The notes: generated by a model not told the origin, from the sequence alone. DNA of 64,000 nt from a virus (IMGVR_UViG_3300016471_000988:1-64000); one strand, 5' to 3'. Positions 47,563-56,554 are shown, counted from the stretch's first letter. Numbers and translations are program-made.

Positions 47563-48147
47563 TTACAGCAATACCATTTTTAGCTGATGATATGCAAATT
47601 CAAACCCACATTCCATTTCACCAGCATCTCTATCATTATAATCAATACCTTCCAAGGCTATTGGAAAGGCACGAATATAGTCAAACCGTACGGTTTTTTT
47701 GTTATATTCGTCCAAACCATATACGCTAATATCAGTCATGTATTCATTAGCAAAGGAATCTGATACCGGTGCTGTGGGGTCAAATATACTTTGAGTTGAG
47801 TTATTGAAGACTTCTAACCATTTAAATATGACCCAGTAGTTATTAAACAAATTATCCACAGTGAAATCAATCTTTAAATGTGGAAAAGAAGGCCTATTAT
47901 ATGATGTCACTTTAAAAGTTTGGCCAGCGTAAGGTATTTGTACAGGTGGTATTTCTATGGGCGGTGCAACTGCACCGTATATACTAAATTGAATAGAATC
48001 AAAATTAACAGAAGTATTTCTTCGAGCTATATCTTTGACTTGGTCTCTTAATACATTAGGTATTGTCAAGACACAAATAAATTTATCTTTACGCTGTTTG
48101 TTTAGCGGGCTCTGAAAAATTGGTTCCTTGTTTGTCGGGGTAGGCAT
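47563..48147 (-). CDS. gp3: tail completion / sheath stabiliser
   Basis: FSIYGAVAPPIEIP, LKIDFTVDN..NY..IFKW, FDYIRAFPIALEGIDY, FAYHQL. Confidence 0.65.
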   Translation of the reverse strand: MPTPTNKEPIFQSPLNKQRKDKFICVLTIPNVLRDQVKDIARRNTSVNFDSIQFSIYGAVAPPIEIPPVQIPYAGQTFKVTSYNRPSFPHLKIDFTVDNLFNNYWVIFKWLEVFNNSTQSIFDPTAPVSDSFANEYMTDISVYGLDEYNKKTVRFDYIRAFPIALEGIDYNDRDAGEMECGFEFAYHQLKMVLL

Positions 48148-48151
48148 ATAT

Positions 48152-48159
48152 TATTTATA
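48152..48159 (-). promoter_or_regulatory. late promoter TATAAATA
   Basis: 4 nt before ATG 48147. Confidence 0.75.
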
Positions 48160-49861
48160 TCTTGTCTTTCTCTCCAGGTAATCTCCACCCCTGTGCCTTT
48201 AATTGATCTATTTCATCTAGCGCTGGTTCATCAGTAAACATTACAGGCAATACACTCGATGCCTCTGTATCTTTTTCGTTAGTATAGATGCTTAACGGGC
48301 TTATAACACCTCTCAAGCCATAGTCAAGAGGCTTTATGACAAGAGGACGATCGCAGTCATCAAGCTTAACTACATCATAATACCGGGTACAAATTTCATT
48401 TTCTAAAATAATTAAAGCCCACACCATAGCCATAACGCGATCATCCCAGCTATCGGATCCCGGTCTCGCGCCCCATGTATTGTTAGGGAACCTAATAAAA
48501 TTCTTGAACTCCTGTAAAGTGTGCCTATCACGCATAACAACACTTTTGAGCTCATTAACCCAATAGCGCATATTCATAATACCCCTATACTTTGTGTTAG
48601 TATGAGAGAGAATGCCTACTCTTTTATATTCTGTCTTATCTCCTGCTTTAGCTCCCCACGAAACAATATTTTCATATCCATGAGTAAATTTGAGCTGCTC
48701 TACTACTTGTGCACCCATGCTATTCCGCTCTATACATACTGGTGGACGGCCCCACTGATTTAAAATTTCTAATAGCTTAGTAGTAAATTGAAAAGGTATA
48801 GTAGTCCGTGTATGATACACAGCTACTTGCTCGATGTTTGTTAGATCTGTAATATCAAGTATTTGTGCGACACTCGCAGCTTCGCCAACCCCCTCGCTTA
48901 TATCAACACCTACAGTGTATAACCGATTTTCTTTTGGTTCTTCAAAAACTGTGTATTTACCTTCATCAAATACATATTCAGGCTCTCTAATTCCGCGTAA
49001 CAACTTATGAAAAAGCTCCTCATTAATAGTACTCTCACCTCCCTGTAGAAACTCATTACCGAACTCCTGTGCAAATATTTCTGCACTACCTAGGGTACGT
49101 ATTGTATCTTCCTTCCACTTTTCATCACGACCAGGTATCTCCCACCAGTCTATTCGCTCAGCTTTCCAATTATTTTCTCCTTGTAGTGCACCTTGATATA
49201 GCCTGTAAAAAAGATTATCTGTTCCATTGGGTGTACTCGCTATAAAAATTTTTGATTTTTTTGAACTAGATATAATTGGGTAGACTGATTCCCAGAATTT
49301 CTCTACAATATGATTATCTATAAATGCTAGCTCATCCAATATAGTAACGTTTACGGATTCTCCTCTACCAGCATCGCTACTAGTTGTACTAATACCTATA
49401 CTACTGCCGTTTGTTAATGTCATGCTTGTTTGTCCGTACTCGACGACCCCTGGCTTTAAATAGTTTGGAAGTTGCTCGTACGCGAGTCTTACTCGTTTAA
49501 AAATATTTTTTGCTGTTTGCTCTTTATTTGCAACGATCAAAATTCTTTGATCTTCATTAAAACATGCGTTCCATAAACAATAAATGGTCATCATAGTTGT
49601 TTTACCAGCCTGTCGGCTAGATAATAATATTACGAAGCGATTATCTCTTAAATCCCTAAGTACCCTTTTTTGGCAAGAAAAAAGATTAATTTTTTCCTTA
49701 CCTCTATCTAGGTTTATAATAGTAAAATAATTTTCAGCGAAGTGAATAAGGTTTTTTTTACATTTTTTTAATTCAATCACCATTTCCGGGGTATATTCGA
49801 ATTTCGTTTCAACCGTCGGGAGGTTTTGATTACCAAGATAATATTTTTCTTTATCTACCAC
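48155..49861 (-). CDS. gp17: terminase large subunit
   Basis: SRQAGKTT (Walker A), LDELAF, STPNG, QEFGNEF, VGVDISEG, DDRVMA. Start reassigned to GTG 49861, 5 nt after GATAAATA. Confidence 0.97.
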   Translation of the reverse strand: MVDKEKYYLGNQNLPTVETKFEYTPEMVIELKKCKKNLIHFAENYFTIINLDRGKEKINLFSCQKRVLRDLRDNRFVILLSSRQAGKTTMMTIYCLWNACFNEDQRILIVANKEQTAKNIFKRVRLAYEQLPNYLKPGVVEYGQTSMTLTNGSSIGISTTSSDAGRGESVNVTILDELAFIDNHIVEKFWESVYPIISSSKKSKIFIASTPNGTDNLFYRLYQGALQGENNWKAERIDWWEIPGRDEKWKEDTIRTLGSAEIFAQEFGNEFLQGGESTINEELFHKLLRGIREPEYVFDEGKYTVFEEPKENRLYTVGVDISEGVGEAASVAQILDITDLTNIEQVAVYHTRTTIPFQFTTKLLEILNQWGRPPVCIERNSMGAQVVEQLKFTHGYENIVSWGAKAGDKTEYKRVGILSHTNTKYRGIMNMRYWVNELKSVVMRDRHTLQEFKNFIRFPNNTWGARPGSDSWDDRVMAMVWALIILENEICTRYYDVVKLDDCDRPLVIKPLDYGLRGVISPLSIYTNEKDTEASSVLPVMFTDEPALDEIDQLKAQGWRLPGEKDKI

Positions 49862-49866
49862 TTTAT

Positions 49867-49887
49867 TATTTATCAGAAACATAAATA
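49867..49887. promoter_or_regulatory. back-to-back late promoters (GATAAATA minus 49867-49874; CATAAATA plus 49880-49887)
   Basis: Each is 5 nt from a start codon (GTG 49861, ATG 49893). Confidence 0.75.
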
Positions 49888-49892
49888 CATAT

Positions 49893-50837
49893 ATGACGCG
49901 CAAAAGAAGCATCTTAGATATTGCCAACGTTTATTGCGAAATGAAGTCTAAAGAAGCTGAAGCTAAAGCCCCTCAATCCACAGAAGTCGTTGAGGAAAAA
50001 GTGGTTAAAAAACTTGAAACTTTTCCTAAAGCAACTGACAAAAAGATCAACACAAAAAAGACAACAGCAATTGGTTCGGATACAAAAGCATTTTTTCATA
50101 AAAATTCCGGTCCAGAAGCGGCCGAAGGATTCAATCCTAATATAATCGATCCAAAGACTGCTAAGACTGGAAAAAAAGAAAATCACTACCAACCACAAAA
50201 ATTTTCTTCAGCCCTTGAAAAAACGGAAACGACTAGTATAAATAATAACATGAGCAACAAATCTATTTTTGATAAACTTTATGAAGATGTAATGAAGGAC
50301 GACGCCCTTGATCTCGGCATTCAGGCTGGCCCAGAGGGCGATGCCGCAGATAAGACCGACGATCTCGGTGGTGGTGAAGAGTCTAGCGATGTAACACTAA
50401 CTCTTCCTCGTGATGTTGCTCAAAAACTTCATGATCTTCTAGTGGATGTACTTGGTGCTGATGAAGAGCCCGCTTCTGATGAGGATGCTGGTGCTGATGA
50501 TTTAGGCCTGAAGTCTGATGAAGATGAACAAAGCAAGGCTGAGAAGGAAGATAAGAAAGACGAAGATAAGAAGGATGAAGATCAAGAAGAAGTAGCCGGT
50601 GAGGCTACAGAGCTTGAAGAGCTTCCTGACAGCAAGGGTCTTTCCCTAACAGGTAAGAATAACAAGGTCCCGGGTAAGCTCGGCCATGCTAAAGGCGGTA
50701 AAGCTTCCGGTGACGTCAAGGGCGTAACAGTAGATGGTAAGCCTTCTGCACTTCCTGACAGCAAAGGTCATTCCTTGACAAGCAAGAATAACAAGGTTAA
50801 TGCCCCTGGCTACAAGGCCGGTGACTTCTTTAAATAA
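49893..50837 (+). CDS. highly charged late protein (candidate prohead core/internal protein) with nested in-frame start at 50250
   Basis: Acidic centre, repeated basic C-terminus; C-ending codon bias after 50250. Confidence 0.7.
   Translation: MTRKRSILDIANVYCEMKSKEAEAKAPQSTEVVEEKVVKKLETFPKATDKKINTKKTTAIGSDTKAFFHKNSGPEAAEGFNPNIIDPKTAKTGKKENHYQPQKFSSALEKTETTSINNNMSNKSIFDKLYEDVMKDDALDLGIQAGPEGDAADKTDDLGGGEESSDVTLTLPRDVAQKLHDLLVDVLGADEEPASDEDAGADDLGLKSDEDEQSKAEKEDKKDEDKKDEDQEEVAGEATELEELPDSKGLSLTGKNNKVPGKLGHAKGGKASGDVKGVTVDGKPSALPDSKGHSLTSKNNKVNAPGYKAGDFFK
50237..50244 (+). promoter_or_regulatory. intragenic late promoter TATAAATA
   Basis: Exact motif 5 nt before in-frame ATG 50250. Confidence 0.75.
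50622..50797 (+). repeat. 47-bp imperfect direct repeat (LPDSKGxSLTxKNNKV x2)
   Basis: Copies at 50622-50668 and 50751-50797. Confidence 0.9.
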
Positions 50838-50855
50838 GCCTTAAAAAATTGACTT

Positions 50856-50886
50856 AAAAAAGCCGCCATATGGCGGCTTTTTTTTT
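50856..50886 (+). terminator. intrinsic terminator (perfect palindrome)
   Basis: AAAAAAGCCGCC-ATAT-GGCGGC followed by T9. Confidence 0.92.
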
Positions 50887-50893
50887 ATAAATA
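50886..50893 (+). promoter_or_regulatory. late promoter TATAAATA
   Basis: Shares the last T of the terminator; 4 nt before ATG 50898. Confidence 0.75.
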
Positions 50894-50897
50894 ACGT

Positions 50898-51317
50898 ATG
50901 AGTATGTTCGCTCGATTGTACACAAAGCAATTAAACGAAGAAATTCATTCTATAAATGAGTTCTCCACTTGGAATCAGGGACTCTTAACAACTACTATTG
51001 GACCTAACTTTTTTAAAGCATCAGGCATGAAACCCACACAAAGACATAGACAACACATTCCAAAAGACCCAGGATTTAGAAAGCATGCACAAACTGTGCC
51101 AGATATGCACAAAATAGATCCAAAATCATTACAAATGTTAGATGACTTAAAAGTATCTAATTCCGGACGAAAGGTTCTTAGTCAAGATGAACTCCAGAAA
51201 GTTTGTACACAATATGGGGTCTCTCAACTTAATCCTTCGGCGCCAAAAAAACTAGGCAATACAGGTATTCTCTTAAAATTTGACCCCAACGTCAGGGGGT
51301 ATGTGTTAGAAAAATGA
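50898..51317 (+). CDS. hypothetical late protein
   Basis: 139 aa, starts MSMFARLYTKQLNEE. Confidence 0.6.
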   Translation: MSMFARLYTKQLNEEIHSINEFSTWNQGLLTTTIGPNFFKASGMKPTQRHRQHIPKDPGFRKHAQTVPDMHKIDPKSLQMLDDLKVSNSGRKVLSQDELQKVCTQYGVSQLNPSAPKKLGNTGILLKFDPNVRGYVLEK

Positions 51318-52069
51318 ATAGTATAGACAAATATACTGGTTCTAATTGCATTCGAAAATATCCTTTACAGTATACCACATCCTCGCTTCGTTTTACCAAC
51401 AAAGAAAATAATGAAAATGAAAGAATGCTATTTAGTAACTATTGGCGGGAGCAGATTGATTTATACGGACAAAAAGCACTTTACTATAGAAACACTTACA
51501 ATACCCTCTGCGCAGATAATGTTTATGGTGAACAGCCAACAGCCAGATTTCAAGATCCTCAACCCATAATAATGCTTGTAAAGCTATCCGAAAACGCTTT
51601 AATATTAAGCAAATTTGGGTATCAAAGTGATGAGCAGTGTACTGCGTACGTACACATAAGCTCATTTTATGCAGTGTTTTCTCCTGACACAGAGCCGAAA
51701 TCTGGAGATGTATTTAAACTTGTAGAGTATGGTAGTGACAGACCTGGTGAGCGAGATGGCAGATTATATGAAATAACAGAAAGATTAGATCAAGATAATG
51801 CCGAAATTAATCCTCTTATGGGACATTATGTATGGCGCTTACAGGCTAAGAGGTTTGATTTGTCCTTTGAACCTAACATCACTCCTGAACGCGGCAGTAG
51901 TCAGGTATTTGATGATGAAAGGTACGGAACAATTTCCACGATTATACCGGACGATACAACGTATTCAGTACGTACTACAGCTTACCCGGGTGCAGCTGAT
52001 GTTGTTAGTAAGGAGACTGTATTTAATATGGCCGTTAACAATACAGAAATTTACGGCGGTTATTATTAA
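51314..52069 (+). CDS. gp14: neck protein
   Basis: EQIDLYGQKALYYR, LSKFGYQSDEQCT, PKSGDVF, LYEIT, VWRLQAKRF. Confidence 0.85.
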   Translation: MNSIDKYTGSNCIRKYPLQYTTSSLRFTNKENNENERMLFSNYWREQIDLYGQKALYYRNTYNTLCADNVYGEQPTARFQDPQPIIMLVKLSENALILSKFGYQSDEQCTAYVHISSFYAVFSPDTEPKSGDVFKLVEYGSDRPGERDGRLYEITERLDQDNAEINPLMGHYVWRLQAKRFDLSFEPNITPERGSSQVFDDERYGTISTIIPDDTTYSVRTTAYPGAADVVSKETVFNMAVNNTEIYGGYY

Positions 52070-52413
52070 AACGAAGGCTCCTCTTCAGCTTCTTCCTTCG
52101 CAATAGCATCAACATCCTCAACCGATCCGGGTTTAAATAAATGCTTATTTGCAGCTATAGATGCATTTATCCCTATATTAAACTCCTCTCTATCGACATC
52201 TAAAATCATTGTTTCGAGTCGTTGGTCGATATATTTTTGAAAAGCTAATGGCTTGACCCAGAAATCATCTGATACCATATCAGTTTTTAATTCCTCAGCT
52301 TTCCGCTCAACTAAATCAATTGCTTCTATTAAGCAAAGCCATCTTGCATATTCAACCTTCCCCATTTTATGCTCTTTAGTCTTACACTGAACGGTTACTA
52401 AATTATTATTCAT
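52066..52413 (-). CDS. hypothetical protein
   Basis: 115 aa ORF preceded by TTGATA-N17-TATTTT. Confidence 0.65.
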   Translation of the reverse strand: MNNNLVTVQCKTKEHKMGKVEYARWLCLIEAIDLVERKAEELKTDMVSDDFWVKPLAFQKYIDQRLETMILDVDREEFNIGINASIAANKHLFKPGSVEDVDAIAKEEAEEEPSF

Positions 52414-52420
52414 ACCTTGT

Positions 52421-52449
52421 AAAATAAACGAATATTAAACAGTTATCAA
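52421..52449 (-). promoter_or_regulatory. sigma70-like promoter TTGATA-N17-TATTTT
   Basis: 7 nt before ATG 52413. Confidence 0.45.
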
Positions 52450-52451
52450 GC

Positions 52452-52853
52452 TTATTTTAACTTACCAAGAATAAAAGCAACGATAGTAGCAAAAAAGGTA
52501 GTTGGTTCAACCTTTACTCCTGCTTTGACAAGCAGGTTAAAAGCACTTTTTTGTATATTAAAAACTTCTTTAATAGCTATAGGTAGCTCCGAATTACCAG
52601 TCTCTCTTTGCTGTAATCTTATTGAATCTTCTAGAATATCAAAAAAGTCCGCAACAAAAGCTTCTGGTGAGGGCGATGTTCCCAGGGATGCCGTGAGTGC
52701 ATTTTTATATATCTTATAAGCTGTAGGCCCTTGGGAAAAAAAATGCTCTTCAACACGCTTTTTTACATCAGCTACACTCAGTGATTTAACTTGAAACCCA
52801 GACACAGGTTGTATTTGGCTTGCGGGTATATATTTTATATCAAAAGAATCCAT
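52452..52853 (-). CDS. hypothetical protein
   Basis: 133 aa helical ORF coupled to upstream gene. Confidence 0.6.
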   Translation of the reverse strand: MDSFDIKYIPASQIQPVSGFQVKSLSVADVKKRVEEHFFSQGPTAYKIYKNALTASLGTSPSPEAFVADFFDILEDSIRLQQRETGNSELPIAIKEVFNIQKSAFNLLVKAGVKVEPTTFFATIVAFILGKLK

Positions 52854-52854
52854 A

Positions 52855-53274
52855 TTAAGACTTCGGTAGATTGTGCTTTATTACTTCATCCGGCGACTCG
52901 ACTACAGGTGTTGTAACTAGTACGGTTTTAAGATTAACCAAAACATTTATATCTTTCTTGCACCCCGGGCAGGTGTATTCGTTCCTCTCATTCAACAAAA
53001 TAGGAACAAACGACTTAAATCCTCGATCACACGGGCATATTACTTCCGCACCTTGTTTGCTTAGCTCGGCTTCCCTCGCTAATATAAGAGCCTGCTCTTG
53101 AAGAGCTGCTTTACGGGTTATATACTCGTAATAAAAATAAAAACCTACAAACTGTAATACCGTTAAAAACGCAAGTGAACTAAAAAAGTTTATTCCTAAG
53201 TAAGTCAACGGCCAGGCACCAATACAGGCTACAAAAAAAGTTATTAGCAGACTAATTGCAGTACGACGAACCAT
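52855..53274 (-). CDS. membrane protein with C-terminal Cys cluster
   Basis: Two hydrophobic N-terminal segments, then CPC..CPGC. Confidence 0.65.
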   Translation of the reverse strand: MVRRTAISLLITFFVACIGAWPLTYLGINFFSSLAFLTVLQFVGFYFYYEYITRKAALQEQALILAREAELSKQGAEVICPCDRGFKSFVPILLNERNEYTCPGCKKDINVLVNLKTVLVTTPVVESPDEVIKHNLPKS

Positions 53275-53279
53275 AAGTT

Positions 53280-53308
53280 ATTATAGTATATAACTTATTA
53301 TTTTTCAA
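53280..53308 (-). promoter_or_regulatory. sigma70-like promoter TTGAAA-N17-TATAAT
   Basis: Near-consensus; 5 nt before ATG 53274. Confidence 0.7.
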
Positions 53309-53669
53309 CTATTTTATTTAGCTCTGCAGTACAACTCAACAGCTCGTCTTGAATTTTCTTAATTTTTTCGTTTAATAACCTAACTGCCTGTATTTTGTTT
53401 TTTGAATCTTTTATGATAGGATTATTGACACTACTTGCAAGTGTTCGTCTTAAATCAGCACATTTAACAAATAAATCACCTATAAAATCTAACATTTTGT
53501 CAAGCGGATATGGTAGAATGGGTGGCGCTTTGTCTGTATTACGAAATCTATTGATAATATCATCAATAGTAATTACTTCAGGTTGAAGGTCTCTTTTTGC
53601 TATACCGCTAACCCATTTATTATAAAGCATTGTTGAGTCTTCACTTAGAACACCAGGCCTTTTATTCAC
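53298..53669 (-). CDS. hypothetical protein
   Basis: 123 aa, GTG start 5 nt after ATTAAATA (53675-53682). Confidence 0.6.
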   Translation of the reverse strand: MNKRPGVLSEDSTMLYNKWVSGIAKRDLQPEVITIDDIINRFRNTDKAPPILPYPLDKMLDFIGDLFVKCADLRRTLASSVNNPIIKDSKNKIQAVRLLNEKIKKIQDELLSCTAELNKIVEK

Positions 53670-53707
53670 ATATATATTTAATATCGCGATTTAATAAATA
53701 TATAAAC

Positions 53708-53715
53708 AATAAATA
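53708..53715 (+). promoter_or_regulatory. late promoter AATAAATA
   Basis: 5 nt before ATG 53721; second copy at 53693-53700. Confidence 0.7.
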
Positions 53716-53720
53716 TCTTT

Positions 53721-54140
53721 ATGAGTATGTTTGAAAAGCGATTTTTAAGTATTTTAGAAGCAGATGATAGTGAAGCAGCAGCGCCACAGCCTGAAGTCTC
53801 TGATGCTCAAGCTATGCAGTCACAACTAGATACGGGCACTGATCCAAAAGCATTAGACGCACAAACACCACCGCCTGGTGTAGATCAGGCGATAGGCGCA
53901 CACAACGCAGCTCAAAAAAAGGTATTGTCAGGGTGGATAGATAGAATAGCTGAATTTGTAGGCTTCTTGAATGGTGTAGATGGCAATAGCGTGCAGTCAC
54001 AGCTTGCTGCAAGCAGCTGCGATACAATGTTCGAAAAAATCTCTACAAGTGAAAAGAAGCGCATCGCACGTGTTGCAATGGAATTAAGTTCTTTTAATGA
54101 ATCACTAAAAGGCTATTTAATTTCGAATGACGATCGCTAA
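53721..54140 (+). CDS. hypothetical late protein (candidate head-internal protein)
   Basis: 139 aa, starts MSMFEKRFLSILEA. Confidence 0.65.
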   Translation: MSMFEKRFLSILEADDSEAAAPQPEVSDAQAMQSQLDTGTDPKALDAQTPPPGVDQAIGAHNAAQKKVLSGWIDRIAEFVGFLNGVDGNSVQSQLAASSCDTMFEKISTSEKKRIARVAMELSSFNESLKGYLISNDDR

Positions 54141-55162
54141 GACACCTGAGCTAGTAGCAAATTAGCTTTTACGCCAGAGTATGTATTTTTTAGTATAAAA
54201 TTTTCAGTAATGCTATCTAATTTTGTATGTATACAAACTTCGTTTAAGTCCTTAAACTTTCTTAATTCAATAGGCCATATGAATATTTTATAACCGAGTT
54301 TTGCCAAGATAGCGGTCTTTTTCTTACTAGCAGTATCAATAAACTGATTATCTAATACCCATATTTTTTCATGCAAAGGAAATGACTGCAATTGCTCTTC
54401 TTGTCTTTTTGTAAAAATTTTTCCTTTACTTTCATTTATGCCTGCTACAGCTATTCCGTTTTTTAGAAAACAAGCATCTAGTGGGCCTTCTGTTATAAAG
54501 ATATTTTTTAAGCCACAGTCAATCCTATCTATGCCAAACAAAGTTTTTTCACTATTGAGCTTTGAAAGATATTTTGGATATGACTTACTCTCAACTATAG
54601 TTCGTGTCTGGTAGTGAGCTATATTACCGTTTGTATCGTAAAAAGGTATAATTAATCTATTCTTATGAGTGGGATCATTAAGACTTAACCATAATGTCTT
54701 GGGTTTGTTTATGGCTGTATCTAGTCTTCTATTTTTTATTAATTCTAACGCCTTGCTGACAATAGGTTCTTTCTTGTAGAACTGTACTTGAGTATTGTCA
54801 AAAAGGTTAATTGCATCTGTAGGTAAATCTGAAGGGGGTAGTTCCTTAACCTCAACTACTTTTTTTGGCTCTATTTCACATTCATCGCTCTTTAAAAACA
54901 TGCCATTCTCTTTTAAAACATCAAAATATGTTAGCCCAGTAACTTGTTGAACCCATTTAACTGGTCGCATACTCAAGCCGCAATTGTGACAGAAGATTAA
55001 ATTTTTCTTAGGTATGTAGTAAAGTCTACGCTTCTTACCCCATGATTTGCCCTCTCTACATGTTGGGCACGAACCGTTATATGCTTTTGAGAGTCTATTG
55101 TATTTTGGAGAGCCAGCAAATTGATAAAATTTAGAGACGATATAGTCCTCGTTGAGTAACAT
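54137..55162 (-). CDS. gp61: DNA primase
   Basis: CPTC..CHNC zinc finger, RLIIPFY, KYL, TOPRIM FITEGPLDACFL, KDLNE. Confidence 0.95.
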   Translation of the reverse strand: MLLNEDYIVSKFYQFAGSPKYNRLSKAYNGSCPTCREGKSWGKKRRLYYIPKKNLIFCHNCGLSMRPVKWVQQVTGLTYFDVLKENGMFLKSDECEIEPKKVVEVKELPPSDLPTDAINLFDNTQVQFYKKEPIVSKALELIKNRRLDTAINKPKTLWLSLNDPTHKNRLIIPFYDTNGNIAHYQTRTIVESKSYPKYLSKLNSEKTLFGIDRIDCGLKNIFITEGPLDACFLKNGIAVAGINESKGKIFTKRQEEQLQSFPLHEKIWVLDNQFIDTASKKKTAILAKLGYKIFIWPIELRKFKDLNEVCIHTKLDSITENFILKNTYSGVKANLLLAQVS

Positions 55163-55168
55163 TATATG

Positions 55169-55196
55169 ATAATATAAGAATTTAGAAAATAATCAA
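55169..55196 (-). promoter_or_regulatory. sigma70-like promoter TTGATT-N16-TATTAT
   Basis: 6 nt before primase ATG. Confidence 0.55.
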
Positions 55197-55381
55197 TCTT
55201 TTTTTTCAGATGGCAAATCTTCTACACTTAGTAACCCCTTACGAATAAAAGTACCGCTAGCCGGGTCAATCCAATGACATTCCTTATATAGCTTACCACC
55301 GTACACACGCTCAACAATCTTTGGTGCAACTGGCTGACCACTAATTGGGCTCGTTATCTGAACAGGTCTTACAAATTCCAT
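55193..55381 (-). CDS. small hypothetical protein
   Basis: 62 aa; CTAAATA 5 nt upstream. Confidence 0.65.
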   Translation of the reverse strand: MEFVRPVQITSPISGQPVAPKIVERVYGGKLYKECHWIDPASGTFIRKGLLSVEDLPSEKKD

Positions 55382-55389
55382 ATTAATAT

Positions 55390-55728
55390 TTAGGGCTTTC
55401 GCTTAGAATTCAATGAAAAAGGTGCTATTTTTAATTTATAATTCTTCTTAAATTGCATTTGGCACATCCCATATATAGGCTTAGGTAGTTTTTCAACAAA
55501 TACTAAAACCTTATTTTTAACACCATATTCAAAGGATTTTCTCGGCACAACAATAGGAATCATTTTTGGCAGGCTTAAAAAATGATAATCACCAGTTTTA
55601 GTTGTTTCAACGAAAACAAAAAACTGTCCTATAAAATCTCCATGCTCCACGGCATATATGCTTTGTAATGACGGGACTGGTTCAAACAAATTAAAGTTGC
55701 GTAGCCAATTTTGAAATATCTCTTTCAA
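55390..55728 (-). CDS. hypothetical protein
   Basis: 112 aa ORF filling the operon. Confidence 0.55.
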   Translation of the reverse strand: MKEIFQNWLRNFNLFEPVPSLQSIYAVEHGDFIGQFFVFVETTKTGDYHFLSLPKMIPIVVPRKSFEYGVKNKVLVFVEKLPKPIYGMCQMQFKKNYKLKIAPFSLNSKRKP

Positions 55729-56554
55729 GCGATTCTCTCACAGGGGGTAACTGAAGGTTAAATTCTCTTATCTTTTCTGTGCTTAAGACGCAATTACTTC
55801 TTTTTGCAACTGTGCTTAATGCATCGAGATCAATAAAATTCCATGCAGGGTTATTAATACCTGCTTTCTTAAGCATTTCAACTATCTCTTTTGCTGTAAT
55901 GCTACCTTCATTTACAACGTTAATAGGCCCAGGTCTAATAGATGTATAAAAGAATTTAAATTTTAGTAAAAATTCTTGCAGGTCAGTAATACTAGTTAGG
56001 CTATTTTCAAGACTTATTAACGAATCATAACTTACAAGTTTTTTGAGATAATTTTTTCTCGAGGTAGTCCCGTCGAACGGCATACGAATTCGTATACTGT
56101 ATGCATAACAATTTTGAAAGATTGTTTCACATGCATGCTTGCATTTACTGTAAAAACTACTGTTGTCACTGTATAACCCAAAATTAGGTTCATCCTCTTC
56201 TGTATATTGTTTTTCGTGTCCCGAATATATACACCCGCTATTAATTTGCACCACAGGTAATTCAAAGGCGTTTGCTGACAGCACAACATTTCTCGGAACA
56301 ATTACATTCCAAAACCAACATTCCTTTTTATTAGCCTCACAACCATCTACATTCGGGGTACCAGTATAGCCTGCGCAGTTAACAACTAAATCATATTTAT
56401 CTTTATTCTCTGTAAGGAATTTTTGCAACACAACTGGATCGGTGTAGTCAAGAGTGGACCTGGAAAAACTATCTACAAGCACATTATTTGCGCGATAAAA
56501 TTCATCAAGTGTTTTACCAACGTATCCGCGGCCTAGCAATAATATAGATTTCAT
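55691..56554 (-). CDS. NAD-dependent nucleotide-sugar reductase/epimerase (RmlD-like, NRS/ER-type motif)
   Basis: LLGRGYVG, NCAGYTGTPNVDGCE, SGCIY, YSKCK (YxxxK), IRMP. Confidence 0.85.
   Translation of the reverse strand: MKSILLLGRGYVGKTLDEFYRANNVLVDSFSRSTLDYTDPVVLQKFLTENKDKYDLVVNCAGYTGTPNVDGCEANKKECWFWNVIVPRNVVLSANAFELPVVQINSGCIYSGHEKQYTEEDEPNFGLYSDNSSFYSKCKHACETIFQNCYAYSIRIRMPFDGTTSRKNYLKKLVSYDSLISLENSLTSITDLQEFLLKFKFFYTSIRPGPINVVNEGSITAKEIVEMLKKAGINNPAWNFIDLDALSTVAKRSNCVLSTEKIREFNLQLPPVRESLERDISKLATQL

Noticed and set aside
50622-50797. Direct repeats as a possible CRISPR or mini-array
   Set aside because: Only two in-frame copies encoding a peptide repeat.
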